Of a stretch of DNA of 64,000 nucleotides, positions 39,002 to 48,229 are shown piece by piece (the first letter of the stretch is position 1; each line of letters starts with the position of its first letter). The DNA is taken from the NCBI GenBank assembly GCA_963817435.1, contig CAWFNY010000001.1:26895-90894 (forward strand), in the 5' to 3' direction. The notes under the pieces were generated by a model that did not search any database, was not told the DNA's origin, and saw only the letters and a list, made by a program, of their open reading frames with translations. This stretch comes from an uncultured Gemmatimonadales bacterium (lineage in GTDB: Bacteria > Gemmatimonadota > Gemmatimonadetes > Gemmatimonadales > GWC2-71-9). The translations under genes and the position numbers were made by a program.

Positions 39002-40096
39002 ATGACGTCCCCCGATAGCTCCGCCTCCAGCGTGCCGCTTCCAGCCGGTCTCCAGCGGTGGCAGCTGCTCGAGTTGTACCACTGGATGCGGATGACCCGC
39101 TCCCTCGAGGAGCGGCTGGTGCTGCTGCACCGGCAGGGGAAGGTGGTCGGCGGGCTGTTCCGCTCGCTCGGCCAGGAGGCCGATGCCGTCGGGAGTGCCT
39201 ACGCCCTCCAGCCCGGCGACATCCTCTCGCCGCTCATCCGCAATCTCGGTTCGATGCTGGTGAAGGGGGCGACACCGCTCGAGGTGCTGCGCCAGTACAT
39301 GGCCAGGGCCGAGAGTCCCACGGCCGGCCGCGAGCTGAACATCCACTTCAACGATCTCGATCGCGGTTTCCTCGGCCAGGTCTCGCCGCTCGGGGCGATG
39401 GTGCCGGTCATGGCCGGCATCGCGCTGCATTTCAAGCTGACCAAGCAGCCCCGCGTAGGCATGGTCTACGTCGGCGATGGCGCGATGAGCACCGGCGCGT
39501 TCCACGAGGGGATCAATTTTGCCGCCGTGCAGCGGCTCCCCCTGGTGGTCATCTGCGAGAACAACGGTTACGCCTACAGCACGCCGGCCCGGCTGCAGAC
39601 CGCTGCGGCCCACCTCAGCGACAAGGCGATCGGATACGGCATTCCCGGGTTGCGCGCCGACGGCAACGATGTGATCGCCACCTACGAGACTGCCAGAATC
39701 GCCGTGGACCGCGCCCGCGCCGGGGGCGGGCCGACACTGGTGGAGCTGGTCACCTACCGGCGGAAGGGGCACGCCGAGCACGACGATCAGCGTTACGTGC
39801 CGGCGGGCGAGATCGAAGGCTGGGAGAAGCACGATCCCATCGATCGCTACCGGGCCCGGCTGCTCGAGTCACGCTGGATCTCCGAGCCGGATCTCGCACT
39901 CTCCGACGAGCGGATCGCCGGGGAACTCGACGCCGCCGTGGCGCGTTGTCTCGATGAGCCGTTCCCGGCCGCAGACACCGCGCTGACCGGCGTCTACGCC
40001 GATCCTCCCGCGGCGCCCATCGAATGGTACCGCGCGCTGCCCGCCTATCCGGAGTCGCTGAAGGACACCCGCGCCTTCGAGGCGCCGCATGACTGA
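39002..40096 (+). CDS. 2-oxoacid dehydrogenase E1 component, alpha subunit (TPP-binding)
   Basis: YVGDGAMSTGAFHEGINFAAV...VVICENNGYAYSTP...TYRRKGHAEHD. Confidence 0.9.
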   Translation: MTSPDSSASSVPLPAGLQRWQLLELYHWMRMTRSLEERLVLLHRQGKVVGGLFRSLGQEADAVGSAYALQPGDILSPLIRNLGSMLVKGATPLEVLRQYMARAESPTAGRELNIHFNDLDRGFLGQVSPLGAMVPVMAGIALHFKLTKQPRVGMVYVGDGAMSTGAFHEGINFAAVQRLPLVVICENNGYAYSTPARLQTAAAHLSDKAIGYGIPGLRADGNDVIATYETARIAVDRARAGGGPTLVELVTYRRKGHAEHDDQRYVPAGEIEGWEKHDPIDRYRARLLESRWISEPDLALSDERIAGELDAAVARCLDEPFPAADTALTGVYADPPAAPIEWYRALPAYPESLKDTRAFEAPHD

Positions 40097-41069
40097 AGTC
40101 ACCTATCTCGAGGCGATCCGCCAGGGGATCTGGGAGGAGATGGAGCGCGACCCCTCCGTCTTCCTCATCGGTGAGGACATCGGCGCGCTCGGCGGGCCCT
40201 TTCGGGTCACGGAAGGCATGCTGGCGCGGTTCGGCGCGGAGCGGGTCATCGACACGCCGGTCAGCGAGCAGGCGATCATCGGGGCCGCGGCGGGCGCGGC
40301 GCACATGGGCCACCGGCCGGTGTGCGAGATGCAGTTCATCGACTTCATCGCCTGCGCCTACGACATGCTGACCAACTACGTCGCGACCGCTCGCTACCGG
40401 GCGGGGCTGCGCACCCCGATGGTCGTCCGGGGACCGAGCGGTGGGTATGTCCGGGGCGGGCCGTTCCACAGCCAGAACCCCGAGGCGGCGTTCGTCCATA
40501 CGCCCGGACTCAAGATCGTCTGCCCGGCGACCGTCCGGGACGCGAAGGGGCTGATCAAGGCGGCCATCCGGGACGAGGATCCGGTGCTCTTCTTCGAGCA
40601 CAAGTATCTTTATCGCCGGGTCAAGGAGGACCTCCCGGAGGGGGAGGAGATCCTGACGCCCATCGGCTCGGCCAGGGTGGCGCGGGCGGGAACCGCGCTG
40701 ACCATCATCACCTGGTCCGCGATGGTCTGGAAGGCGCTGGAAGCGGCCGAGCAACTGGAGCGGGAGGACGGAATGCAGGTGGAGGTGCTCGATCTCCGCA
40801 CCCTCCTCCCGATGGACGACGCCGCGATCATCGAGTCAGTGAAGAAGACCAGCCGCGTCCTGGTGGCCCACGAGGACACCCGCACCGGTGGAGTGGCGGG
40901 CGAGATCACCGCCCGGATCAATGAGCACTGCTTCGAGTGGCTGGATGCGCCGGTGCGCAGGGTCTGCGCGCATGACGTGCCGCTGCCGTACGCACCGCCG
41001 CTGGAAGACTACGTGTTGCCGCAGAGTGAGGATCTGGTAGCCGCCTCCCGGTGGCTTGCCGCATACTAA
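40089..41069 (+). CDS. 2-oxoacid dehydrogenase E1 component, beta subunit
   Basis: VTYLEAIRQGIWEEMERDPSVFLIGEDIG...RVIDTPVSEQAIIG. Confidence 0.93.
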   Translation: MTEVTYLEAIRQGIWEEMERDPSVFLIGEDIGALGGPFRVTEGMLARFGAERVIDTPVSEQAIIGAAAGAAHMGHRPVCEMQFIDFIACAYDMLTNYVATARYRAGLRTPMVVRGPSGGYVRGGPFHSQNPEAAFVHTPGLKIVCPATVRDAKGLIKAAIRDEDPVLFFEHKYLYRRVKEDLPEGEEILTPIGSARVARAGTALTIITWSAMVWKALEAAEQLEREDGMQVEVLDLRTLLPMDDAAIIESVKKTSRVLVAHEDTRTGGVAGEITARINEHCFEWLDAPVRRVCAHDVPLPYAPPLEDYVLPQSEDLVAASRWLAAY

Positions 41070-41138
41070 GGTTATGGGCTATTGGCCGTGGGTCCGGTGA
41101 GACCGCACAGCCCATAGCCCAGAGCCCATAGCCTTTTT
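41070..41138 (+). terminator. Compound hairpin with U-tract between E1beta and E2 (contains CCCATAGCC repeats)
   Basis: GGTTATGGGCT (41070-41080) pairs with AGCCCATAGCC (41123-41133) and is followed by TTTTT. An inner hairpin and a second AGCCCATAGCC copy lie at 41109-41119. Confidence 0.4.
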
Positions 41139-41152
41139 CGGAGACTATTCGC

Positions 41153-42487
41153 ATGGCCCGCATTGATGTCATCATGCCCCAGATGGGCGAATCCATCGCC
41201 GAGGGGACGCTCTCGAAGTGGCTCAAGAACGTTGGCGATGAAGTGAAGCGCGACGAGCCGATGTTCGAGATCTCCACCGACAAGGTGGACGCGGAGATCC
41301 CCGCGCCCAACGCCGGCGTGCTGGCCGAGATCCTGGTGCAGCAGGGCGAGACGGTCGCGGTGAACACCGTGGTAGCCCGCCTCGAGACCGAGAAGGGTGC
41401 CGTCACCTCGGCGCCCGCCCCGGCCCCTGCTGCCCCAGCGCCCGCGGCGCCGCCGGCCGCGGCGAAGCCCGTTCCCGCGCCGACCCCCGCACCCGCCCCC
41501 GTGGTCGCGGCGCCCGCTCCGTCAGGCAACGGCCCGGAGACCGCCGAGGAGCGGCTGCGGCGGAAGTCCACGCCGCTGGTCCGGAAGATCGCCGCGGAGC
41601 ATGGGATCGATATCGGCACTGTCGCTGGCAGCGGCATCGCCGGCCGCGTCACCAAGAACGATCTGCTGGGCTTTCTGGAGACCGGCGCGCCGGCGCCGGC
41701 GCCTGTGGCCGCACCGATGGCCGCGAAGGCGCCCGCCGCTCCTGCGGTGGCCGCCTCACACGGCCCCGCGGCCGAGGCGTGGGCGGGCGACCGGGTCGAG
41801 CCCTGGTCGCGCATCCGGAAGCTCACCGCCGAGCACATGATCATGTCGCGGCGGGTCTCTGCCCATGTGCAGACGCTCTTCGAGATCGACTACACCCGGG
41901 TCTCGCAGATCCGCGCCAGGCGGAAGAAGGAATTCTCCGAGCGGGGGGTGAACCTCACCTACCTGGCGTTCATCGCGAAGGCCATCGCCGACAACCTGCG
42001 CAAGCATCCCGGCCTCAACGCGGCCGTGTCCGCGGATGCCACGATCTTCCGCCGGGACATCAATCTCGGCATTGCGGTGGCGCTCGACTGGGGACTCATC
42101 GTGCCGGTGATCCGGCACGCCGACGAGCTGTCGCTGCTCGGGATGGCGCGGGCCATTGCCGATCTCGGTGAGCGGGCCCGCACCAAGAAGCTGAGCCCGG
42201 ACGACGTGCAGCGCGGGACGTTCACGATCACCAACCCGGGTGTCTTCGGCTCGCTCGCGGGGCTGCCGATCATCAATCAGCCGCAGGTTGCGATCCTCGG
42301 CGTCGGCACGATCGAGAAGCGCGCAGCGGTCGTCACCCTCCCCGACGGGACCGACACGATCGCCGCGCGGCTCAAGGGGCATCTCACGATGTCCTTCGAC
42401 CATCGGGTGGTGGATGGCGCCGACGCCGATCGTTTCCTCGCCGATGTGAAGAAGATGCTCGAGGCCTTCCCCGAGGACGCCGGCTGA
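41153..42487 (+). CDS. Dihydrolipoamide acyltransferase E2 (lipoyl domain, Ala/Pro linker, E3-binding domain, catalytic domain)
   Basis: MPQMGESIAEGTLSKWLK...EISTDKVDAEIP; TPLVRKIAAEHGID; catalytic MSFDHRVVDGA. Confidence 0.95.
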   Translation: MARIDVIMPQMGESIAEGTLSKWLKNVGDEVKRDEPMFEISTDKVDAEIPAPNAGVLAEILVQQGETVAVNTVVARLETEKGAVTSAPAPAPAAPAPAAPPAAAKPVPAPTPAPAPVVAAPAPSGNGPETAEERLRRKSTPLVRKIAAEHGIDIGTVAGSGIAGRVTKNDLLGFLETGAPAPAPVAAPMAAKAPAAPAVAASHGPAAEAWAGDRVEPWSRIRKLTAEHMIMSRRVSAHVQTLFEIDYTRVSQIRARRKKEFSERGVNLTYLAFIAKAIADNLRKHPGLNAAVSADATIFRRDINLGIAVALDWGLIVPVIRHADELSLLGMARAIADLGERARTKKLSPDDVQRGTFTITNPGVFGSLAGLPIINQPQVAILGVGTIEKRAAVVTLPDGTDTIAARLKGHLTMSFDHRVVDGADADRFLADVKKMLEAFPEDAG

Positions 42488-42488
42488 G

Positions 42489-42818
42489 ATGGCACGGCTG
42501 CTCTCGATCGCCCGCGCCATGGTTTCGCCGGAACGGGAGGAGGAGTACGTCCGCACCATCCACGCCCTGGCGGAGCTGGGTGCGGGCAGGGGTCAGCACC
42601 TCTGGCTCTTCCGGAGCGGTCACGAGCCGGGCGCCTATATCGAGTTCAGCGAGAGCCCGACCGAGCATTCCCATCGCGCCCGCGCGTCGCGCACCGACCT
42701 CGAGGCCAGGCTCGAGGCGCGGCTCATGGAGATCGCACGGTACGCTCCCGGCCACCGGGATCTCTGGGAGGAAGTGCCGGTACCGGCGAAGGACGATGCA
42801 GCGGAACCAGAGTCATAG
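42489..42818 (+). CDS. Small hypothetical protein (109 aa)
   Basis: Starts 1 nt after the E2 stop. Followed by a GC hairpin (42820-42838) and TGTTTTCGG. Confidence 0.5.
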   Translation: MARLLSIARAMVSPEREEEYVRTIHALAELGAGRGQHLWLFRSGHEPGAYIEFSESPTEHSHRARASRTDLEARLEARLMEIARYAPGHRDLWEEVPVPAKDDAAEPES

Positions 42819-42876
42819 CGGGCCGCTGCAGGCGGCCCATAGCTGTTTTCGGATCATGCAGACAGACGAGGTTGGA

Positions 42877-43143
42877 ATGCCACGCCGCACTATCGAAGCC
42901 AACGGTCAGGTGTGGGACGTGAGTCCCACGGGCCGCGTAACCCAGTATGCCCGCGATGAATTCGGCGTCATGTTCCGCCGGCGGGGCGGTGGCGCCGCCG
43001 ACCTGCGGGTGTCGCGCTTCTCACCGCTCGGTGCCCGCAACCCGGAGGACGCGCTTGCGGAACTCTCGCAGGCCAGCCTGCAGGAGCTGTTCGAGCGTTC
43101 GCAGCCGTCGTGGACCGCGCCCGAGACGGGATACGTCCGCTGA
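42877..43143 (+). CDS. Small hypothetical protein (88 aa)
   Basis: Internal ATG of track ORF 42580..43143 (MPRRTIEANGQVWDVSPTG...). No recognisable family. Confidence 0.4.
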   Translation: MPRRTIEANGQVWDVSPTGRVTQYARDEFGVMFRRRGGGAADLRVSRFSPLGARNPEDALAELSQASLQELFERSQPSWTAPETGYVR

Positions 43144-44021
43144 GCGCCCCCATCGAGGGCGCGCTGCGGCAGGTCGATCTCCACCTTCATTCCACCGCGT
43201 CCGACGGCGGCTATCCCCCCGAGGAGGTGGTGGCTCGTGCGGCGCGGGCGGGCCTGACCGCGATTGCGCTGACCGACCACGATACTCTCGACGGTCTGCC
43301 GGCCGCGGTCGCGGCCGGGGAACGTCTGGGCGTTCGCGTGGTCAGCGGCTGCGAATTCTCGGTCGCCGCTCCGTGGGGTGAGATGCACCTGCTGGGATAT
43401 TTCCTTCCTCTCGGCTGGAAGCCGCTCGACGACTTCCTCGCGCGCTGCCGCGCCGATCGGGAACGCCGGGGCGGCGAGATGGTGCGAAAGCTCCAGGGCC
43501 TCGGCCTCCAGATCGAACTCCAGGACCTGCTGGCGGAGTCTGGCGGTGGCGCCATCGGCCGGCCGCACGTCGCCCGCGCGCTCCTCAGGCGCGGACAGGT
43601 GACCACGATCCAGGAAGCGTTCGATCGCTATATCGGCTGGGGACGGCCCGGGTTCGAGGAGAAGCGGCTGCCCACCTTCCGTGAGGTGGCCGAACTGGTA
43701 CATGCGGCCGGCGGCATCGTGTCGGCGGCGCACCTGCGCGACCGGGGCACCCGCACGCTCCTCACCAATCTTCGCGCGGAGGGCCTCGACGCCGTCGAGA
43801 CCCGGCACCCCGTGCACGATGCCGATGCCCGCGCCCGGCTCACCGATATCGCGCTCTCCATCGGCATCGAACGGAGCGGCGGGTCCGACTGGCACAACGA
43901 CGAGCCGACGATGCTGGCGCACGCCCAGATCGGAGGGCAGGAGGTGCCCGAGGAGTGGCTCGACGCGCTGGAACGGGTTCGTCCCGCGCCCCGGGAACCG
44001 ATCGCCGCGACTGGGAATTGA
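43110..44021 (+). CDS. PHP-domain metal-dependent phosphoesterase (TrpH/YciV-like)
   Basis: VDLHLHSTASDGG...IALTDHDT...GCEFS...AHL...ETRHP...GGSDWH. The start is uncertain: GTG at 43110 or CTG at 43140. Confidence 0.85.
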   Translation: MDRARDGIRPLSAPIEGALRQVDLHLHSTASDGGYPPEEVVARAARAGLTAIALTDHDTLDGLPAAVAAGERLGVRVVSGCEFSVAAPWGEMHLLGYFLPLGWKPLDDFLARCRADRERRGGEMVRKLQGLGLQIELQDLLAESGGGAIGRPHVARALLRRGQVTTIQEAFDRYIGWGRPGFEEKRLPTFREVAELVHAAGGIVSAAHLRDRGTRTLLTNLRAEGLDAVETRHPVHDADARARLTDIALSIGIERSGGSDWHNDEPTMLAHAQIGGQEVPEEWLDALERVRPAPREPIAATGN

Positions 44022-44063
44022 CTGCCGCCGGGTGGCCACCCGGCGGATGACCTCTTTCAGGAC

Positions 44064-44795
44064 TTGATGATGCCGACGCATTTCGATTTTTCGGGGAAGA
44101 CCATTCTCGTCACTGGTGTGGCCCGAGCCGGACAAATCGGCCATGCGGTCGCGCGGGCCTTCGGCAAAGCGGGGGCGAGCATCGTGGCGGTCGATCGCAA
44201 CGCGGTCGCCGTCGCCGAGCGGGTCCGGGAGTTCGCGGCGGAGGGTATCGATGCCCGTCCCGCTGCGGGCGACCTGACCGAGCCGGATGTCGCCGCGCTC
44301 ACGATCGAGACCGCGATGAAGCACTACCAGCGGCTCGATGCGGTGGTGAACGTCGCCGGTGGGCTGACGACGTTCGGCCCGGTGGGCCAGGCTGGCGCCG
44401 ATGCGTTCGACCGCGAGATCGCGATCAACCTCAAGACCGCCTTCCTCATGTCCCGCGCCGCGGTCGACGCGCTTGGGCAGACGAAGGGCGCGATGGTCAA
44501 CTTCGCCTCGGTCGCCTACTACCGCCCCGCGGCCCAGATGGCGGTCTACAGTGCCGCGAAGGCCGGTGTCGCCGCGCTCACGCAGAGCCTCGCGGTCGAA
44601 CTCTGGCCGATGGGAATTCGGGTGAATGCCGTGGCCCCCGGCATGGTGCGCACGCCCGAGAACGTGGCTTCGGCGGGGCAGAACGCGCACTACGTCGAGA
44701 TGAGCCAGATCATCGATGCCGTTCTCTTCCTGGCTGGCGACGCCTCTTCCGGCATCACCGGTCATATCCTCCCCGTGACCAACGGGCCCTACTGA
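44064..44795 (+). CDS. Short-chain dehydrogenase/reductase (SDR)
   Basis: ILVTGVARAGQIG...NVAG...YSAAKAG. Confidence 0.88.
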   Translation: MMMPTHFDFSGKTILVTGVARAGQIGHAVARAFGKAGASIVAVDRNAVAVAERVREFAAEGIDARPAAGDLTEPDVAALTIETAMKHYQRLDAVVNVAGGLTTFGPVGQAGADAFDREIAINLKTAFLMSRAAVDALGQTKGAMVNFASVAYYRPAAQMAVYSAAKAGVAALTQSLAVELWPMGIRVNAVAPGMVRTPENVASAGQNAHYVEMSQIIDAVLFLAGDASSGITGHILPVTNGPY

Positions 44796-44796
44796 C

Positions 44797-45528
44797 ATGC
44801 TGCTGAGCTCCCGTGTCGCGCTGGTGACTGGCGCGGGACGCCGAGTCGGGCGGGCGCTCGCGCTCGCGCTCGCCGGTCGCGGCATGCGGGTCGCCATCCA
44901 CTACAATCGATCGCGCGGCGAGGCCGACGAGACCGCCGCCGCCATCCGGGCGCTCGGTGCCGAGTGTGACACCTTCGGCGCCGACCTCGGGGACGCCGAG
45001 GCCGCGCGTGCCCTCGGGCCCCGCGTCGCGGAGCGGTTCGGGGGACTCGATGTGCTGGTCAATTCGGCCGGCATCATGACCCGCGCCTCCATCGAGGAGA
45101 CGACGCCCGCGCTCTGGGATGAAGTCATGCACGTGAATCTGCGCTCCGCCTTCTTCACGGTGCAGGGCGCGCTGCCGAGTCTTCGGGTCGCGAAGGGCAA
45201 GGTCGTCAACCTCGCGGATGTCGGCGGCCTGGAGCCGTGGCCGAGCTACGCGGTGCACTGCATCAGCAAGGCCGGTGTCGTGATGCTCACCAAGACGCTC
45301 GCCCGCGCGCTCGCGCCTGAGATTACCGTCAATGCGGTCGCACCCGGTGCGGTGCTCCCGCCCGAGGAGTGGAGCGACGCCGCGCGCGAGCACCTGGCCC
45401 GCACCACGCCCCTTGGCCGGCTCGGGTCGCCTGCCGACGTCACGGCGGCTGTGCTGTATCTGCTCGAGGGCGGTGATTACGTGACAGGCGAGACCATCGT
45501 CGTGGACGGCGGCCGGCTCATCCGGTGA
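44797..45528 (+). CDS. SDR family oxidoreductase (pteridine-reductase-like)
   Basis: ALVTGAGRRVGRA...VNSAG...YCISKAG...PGAV. Confidence 0.88.
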   Translation: MLLSSRVALVTGAGRRVGRALALALAGRGMRVAIHYNRSRGEADETAAAIRALGAECDTFGADLGDAEAARALGPRVAERFGGLDVLVNSAGIMTRASIEETTPALWDEVMHVNLRSAFFTVQGALPSLRVAKGKVVNLADVGGLEPWPSYAVHCISKAGVVMLTKTLARALAPEITVNAVAPGAVLPPEEWSDAAREHLARTTPLGRLGSPADVTAAVLYLLEGGDYVTGETIVVDGGRLIR

Positions 45529-46253
45529 AGTGCGGCGAGATCGTCATCGTGGGCGGCGGCTGCTACGGGACCTTCTACACCCGCCAGCTCGCGCTCGCGA
45601 AATCGAAGGGAAAGGCCGAGTTCGACCGGCTGCTCATCGTCGACCGGGACCCCGGCTGCCAGATGATCCTCGAACTCGGCGAAGCCCCGGACCGCCGCCT
45701 CGTCGTCAGCGACTGGGATGCCTTCTTCGACGACTACCTCGGCGAGGCCGCGAAGACCCAGGACCGGGCAGGGGCCGAGAATCACATCGTGCCATCCCCG
45801 CTGATGCCACACCTGATGTACGGCTGGGTGCTGCGCCGCGCCCGGGCGCGGTGGCCCGGTCGCCCGATCGAAACCCGCGCGCTCCCGGGCCGGGTCGGCA
45901 CGCCCTACGACACCCCGGCTCCCGACGGCACCCGCTACCTCTCCCACGCCGACTGGCTCTGCCCGACGCACTGCGTGGAGCCCGCGCTTTGCCCCGTGAC
46001 GAGGGCGCCCCGTACTTGGGAGATGACCGATACCCTCACCGACCTGGCCCGCCGCCTGGATCTACATGGTCCGGCGGTGTTCCGGTGCGAGCACCGTGCC
46101 TTCGGGGTCGGCAGTTTCTCGGTGACGGAGGTCATGGCCGGGGACGCGCTCGTGGCCCATGCTGGGGCGTCGGGGGCGGCGGCGGATATCCTGGTCGGCA
46201 CCGTGTCCTCCTGTCACGGCGCGGCCAATCTGCTGCATCTGGGACGCGGCTGA
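45525..46253 (+). CDS. Conserved-looking hypothetical protein with N-terminal dinucleotide-binding motif and Cys cluster
   Basis: IVIVGGGCYGTFY (GxGxxG) and CPTHCVEPALCP...C...SSCHG. A 4-nt overlap links it to the upstream SDR. Confidence 0.6.
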   Translation: MKCGEIVIVGGGCYGTFYTRQLALAKSKGKAEFDRLLIVDRDPGCQMILELGEAPDRRLVVSDWDAFFDDYLGEAAKTQDRAGAENHIVPSPLMPHLMYGWVLRRARARWPGRPIETRALPGRVGTPYDTPAPDGTRYLSHADWLCPTHCVEPALCPVTRAPRTWEMTDTLTDLARRLDLHGPAVFRCEHRAFGVGSFSVTEVMAGDALVAHAGASGAAADILVGTVSSCHGAANLLHLGRG

Positions 46254-46327
46254 GTGCGGCGCTTGTCGAAAAGTCTATATTTCGAGCTGATGGCTGACGA
46301 CGATCGCCACCCATACGACCAGAGCAC

Positions 46328-47296
46328 ATGACGAGCCTCAGCGAATTCGAATTCGACACGATCATCATCGGCGGCGGGCCCGCCGGCCTCTGCGCCGGCA
46401 TGTACGCCGGCCGGGGCATGCTCAAGTCCGTGGTCCTCGAGAGCAAGGTGCCGGGCGGCGAGCTGCTCAACACCGAAAAGATCGAGGATTACCCCGGCTT
46501 CGAGTCGATCCTCGGCCGCGAACTCGCCGAGCGGATGACGGCGCATGCCAGGAAGTTCGGCGCCGAGATCCGGCAGACCACCGTCGAGGGGGTCTATCGC
46601 CAGCCGGACGGCACCTTCGAGGTGACCACGATCGACGGCGAGCGCTACCATGCCCCGACCGTGATCCTCACCGCGGGCGGCACCCCGACCCGGCTGGAGG
46701 TGCCGGGCGAGCTGGAGTACGCCGGGTTCGGCGTCTCCTACTGCGCGGTGTGCGATGGGGCCTTCTTCCGCCAGCAGACCATCGCCGTCGTAGGCGGCGG
46801 GGACGCGGCGGTGGAAGAGGCCGACTACCTCACCCGGTATGCGGCGAAGGTGTACCTCATTCACCGCCGCGACGAGCTGCGCGCGTCGAAGATCCTCCAG
46901 GAACGGCTGTTCGCGAACCCCAAGATCGAGGTCATCTGGAACAAGCGGGTGCTCGAGGTCGAGGGCAGGGAAGAGAAGGGGATGCGCGAGGTCACCGGGC
47001 TCCGGCTCGAGGACACGGTGACCGGCCACGTCTCGAATCTGCCGGTCTCCGGCTGCTTCGTGTTCGTCGGCTTCAAGCCGAACAGCGGCCTCATCAAGGA
47101 GCACTTCCAGCACGACGCCAGCGGCTATGTGATCACCGACGACCGGATGATGACCTCGATCCCCGGACTCTTCGCGGCCGGTGACCTGCGTGTCCAGCTC
47201 GTCCGCCAGGTCACGACCGCCGTCGGCGACGCGACCACGGCCGCCATCGCGGTCGAGAAGTACCTCGCACACCGGCGGAGCGTCGCCCGTGTCTGA
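46328..47296 (+). CDS. trxB: Thioredoxin-disulfide reductase
   Basis: IIIGGGPAG...SYCAVCDG (CAVC redox site)...VVGGGDAAVEEA...FAAGD. Confidence 0.95.
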   Translation: MTSLSEFEFDTIIIGGGPAGLCAGMYAGRGMLKSVVLESKVPGGELLNTEKIEDYPGFESILGRELAERMTAHARKFGAEIRQTTVEGVYRQPDGTFEVTTIDGERYHAPTVILTAGGTPTRLEVPGELEYAGFGVSYCAVCDGAFFRQQTIAVVGGGDAAVEEADYLTRYAAKVYLIHRRDELRASKILQERLFANPKIEVIWNKRVLEVEGREEKGMREVTGLRLEDTVTGHVSNLPVSGCFVFVGFKPNSGLIKEHFQHDASGYVITDDRMMTSIPGLFAAGDLRVQLVRQVTTAVGDATTAAIAVEKYLAHRRSVARV

Positions 47297-47936
47297 GCTG
47301 GAAGTCGTCGCGTTGCCGAACGGCCAGTTTGCGGAGAACTGCTATCTGCTCGCGGATCGCGCGACCCGTCGCGCCGTCATCGTGGATCCCGGCGAGGAAC
47401 CACAGCTCTTCCTCGCCGAACTCGACACCCGCGGCTGGAGCCTGCAGTCGATCTGGCTCACCCATGCTCACGTCGATCACATCATGGGTGTCGCCGCCGT
47501 GAAGGCCGCGACGGGTGTCCCCGTCTTCCTGCACAACGCCGATCGCGCGCTGTACGACGCCCTTCCCCGTCAGGGTGAGTGGATGGGGCTGGCGCTCGAG
47601 GTGCCGCCGCCGCCAGATCAGGAACTGTTCGATGGCCAGCTGCTGCACCTCGGCTCCCACGAGTTCGCCGTGCGGCACACACCGGGACACTCGCCGGGGA
47701 GCGTGAGCTTCGTCGGCCCCGGCTTCGTGCTGGGTGGCGACGTGCTCTTCAGCGGCAGTGTCGGCCGCACCGACCTCCCCGGTGGCGATCTGGCGACGCT
47801 GATGCAGAGCATTCACGGGGTGTTCCTCGCCCTCCCCGATTCGACGGTCGTCTACAGCGGCCACGGCCCGGAAACGACCATCGGTGTCGAGCGCATGACC
47901 AACCCGTTCCTCACCGGTGCCTACCGGTATGAGTGA
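47289..47936 (+). CDS. MBL-fold metallo-hydrolase (glyoxalase II-like)
   Basis: THAHVDHIMG...TPGHSPGS...GD...GRTD. The GTG start overlaps the trxB stop. Confidence 0.9.
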   Translation: MSELEVVALPNGQFAENCYLLADRATRRAVIVDPGEEPQLFLAELDTRGWSLQSIWLTHAHVDHIMGVAAVKAATGVPVFLHNADRALYDALPRQGEWMGLALEVPPPPDQELFDGQLLHLGSHEFAVRHTPGHSPGSVSFVGPGFVLGGDVLFSGSVGRTDLPGGDLATLMQSIHGVFLALPDSTVVYSGHGPETTIGVERMTNPFLTGAYRYE

Positions 47937-48114
47937 TCGCACGGCCGGCTTCGGCCGCGAGCTGGTGCTTCCGCCTGCGGCTGCCGCGCAGGATCAATCC
48001 TTGGCGCCCAGCTGCAATCGCTGCGGCTTCCCTGTGATCATCCGCCCCTGGGGCTGCAAGAATCCCTGCCACAACTGCGGCACCGTCTACCCGCTCGGTG
48101 ACTGCTCCGACTGA
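47929..48114 (+). CDS. Small Cys-rich (zinc-ribbon-like) protein, 61 aa
   Basis: The ATG at 47929 overlaps the end of the MBL gene by 8 nt. Pattern: SCNRCGFPVIIRPWGCKNPCHNCGTVYPLGDC (CxxC-x11-C-x3-CxxC). Confidence 0.45.
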   Translation: MSDRTAGFGRELVLPPAAAAQDQSLAPSCNRCGFPVIIRPWGCKNPCHNCGTVYPLGDCSD

Positions 48115-48229
48115 GCCGGGGCCGGCTGCCGTCCGGCCGCTCGCGGCCGTCGTCGGCGGTGCGTCCACGGTGGCCGAGCCCGGGCCCGAGATCGATCTCT
48201 CCCGCCTCACACTTCCGCCGCCACTTGGC

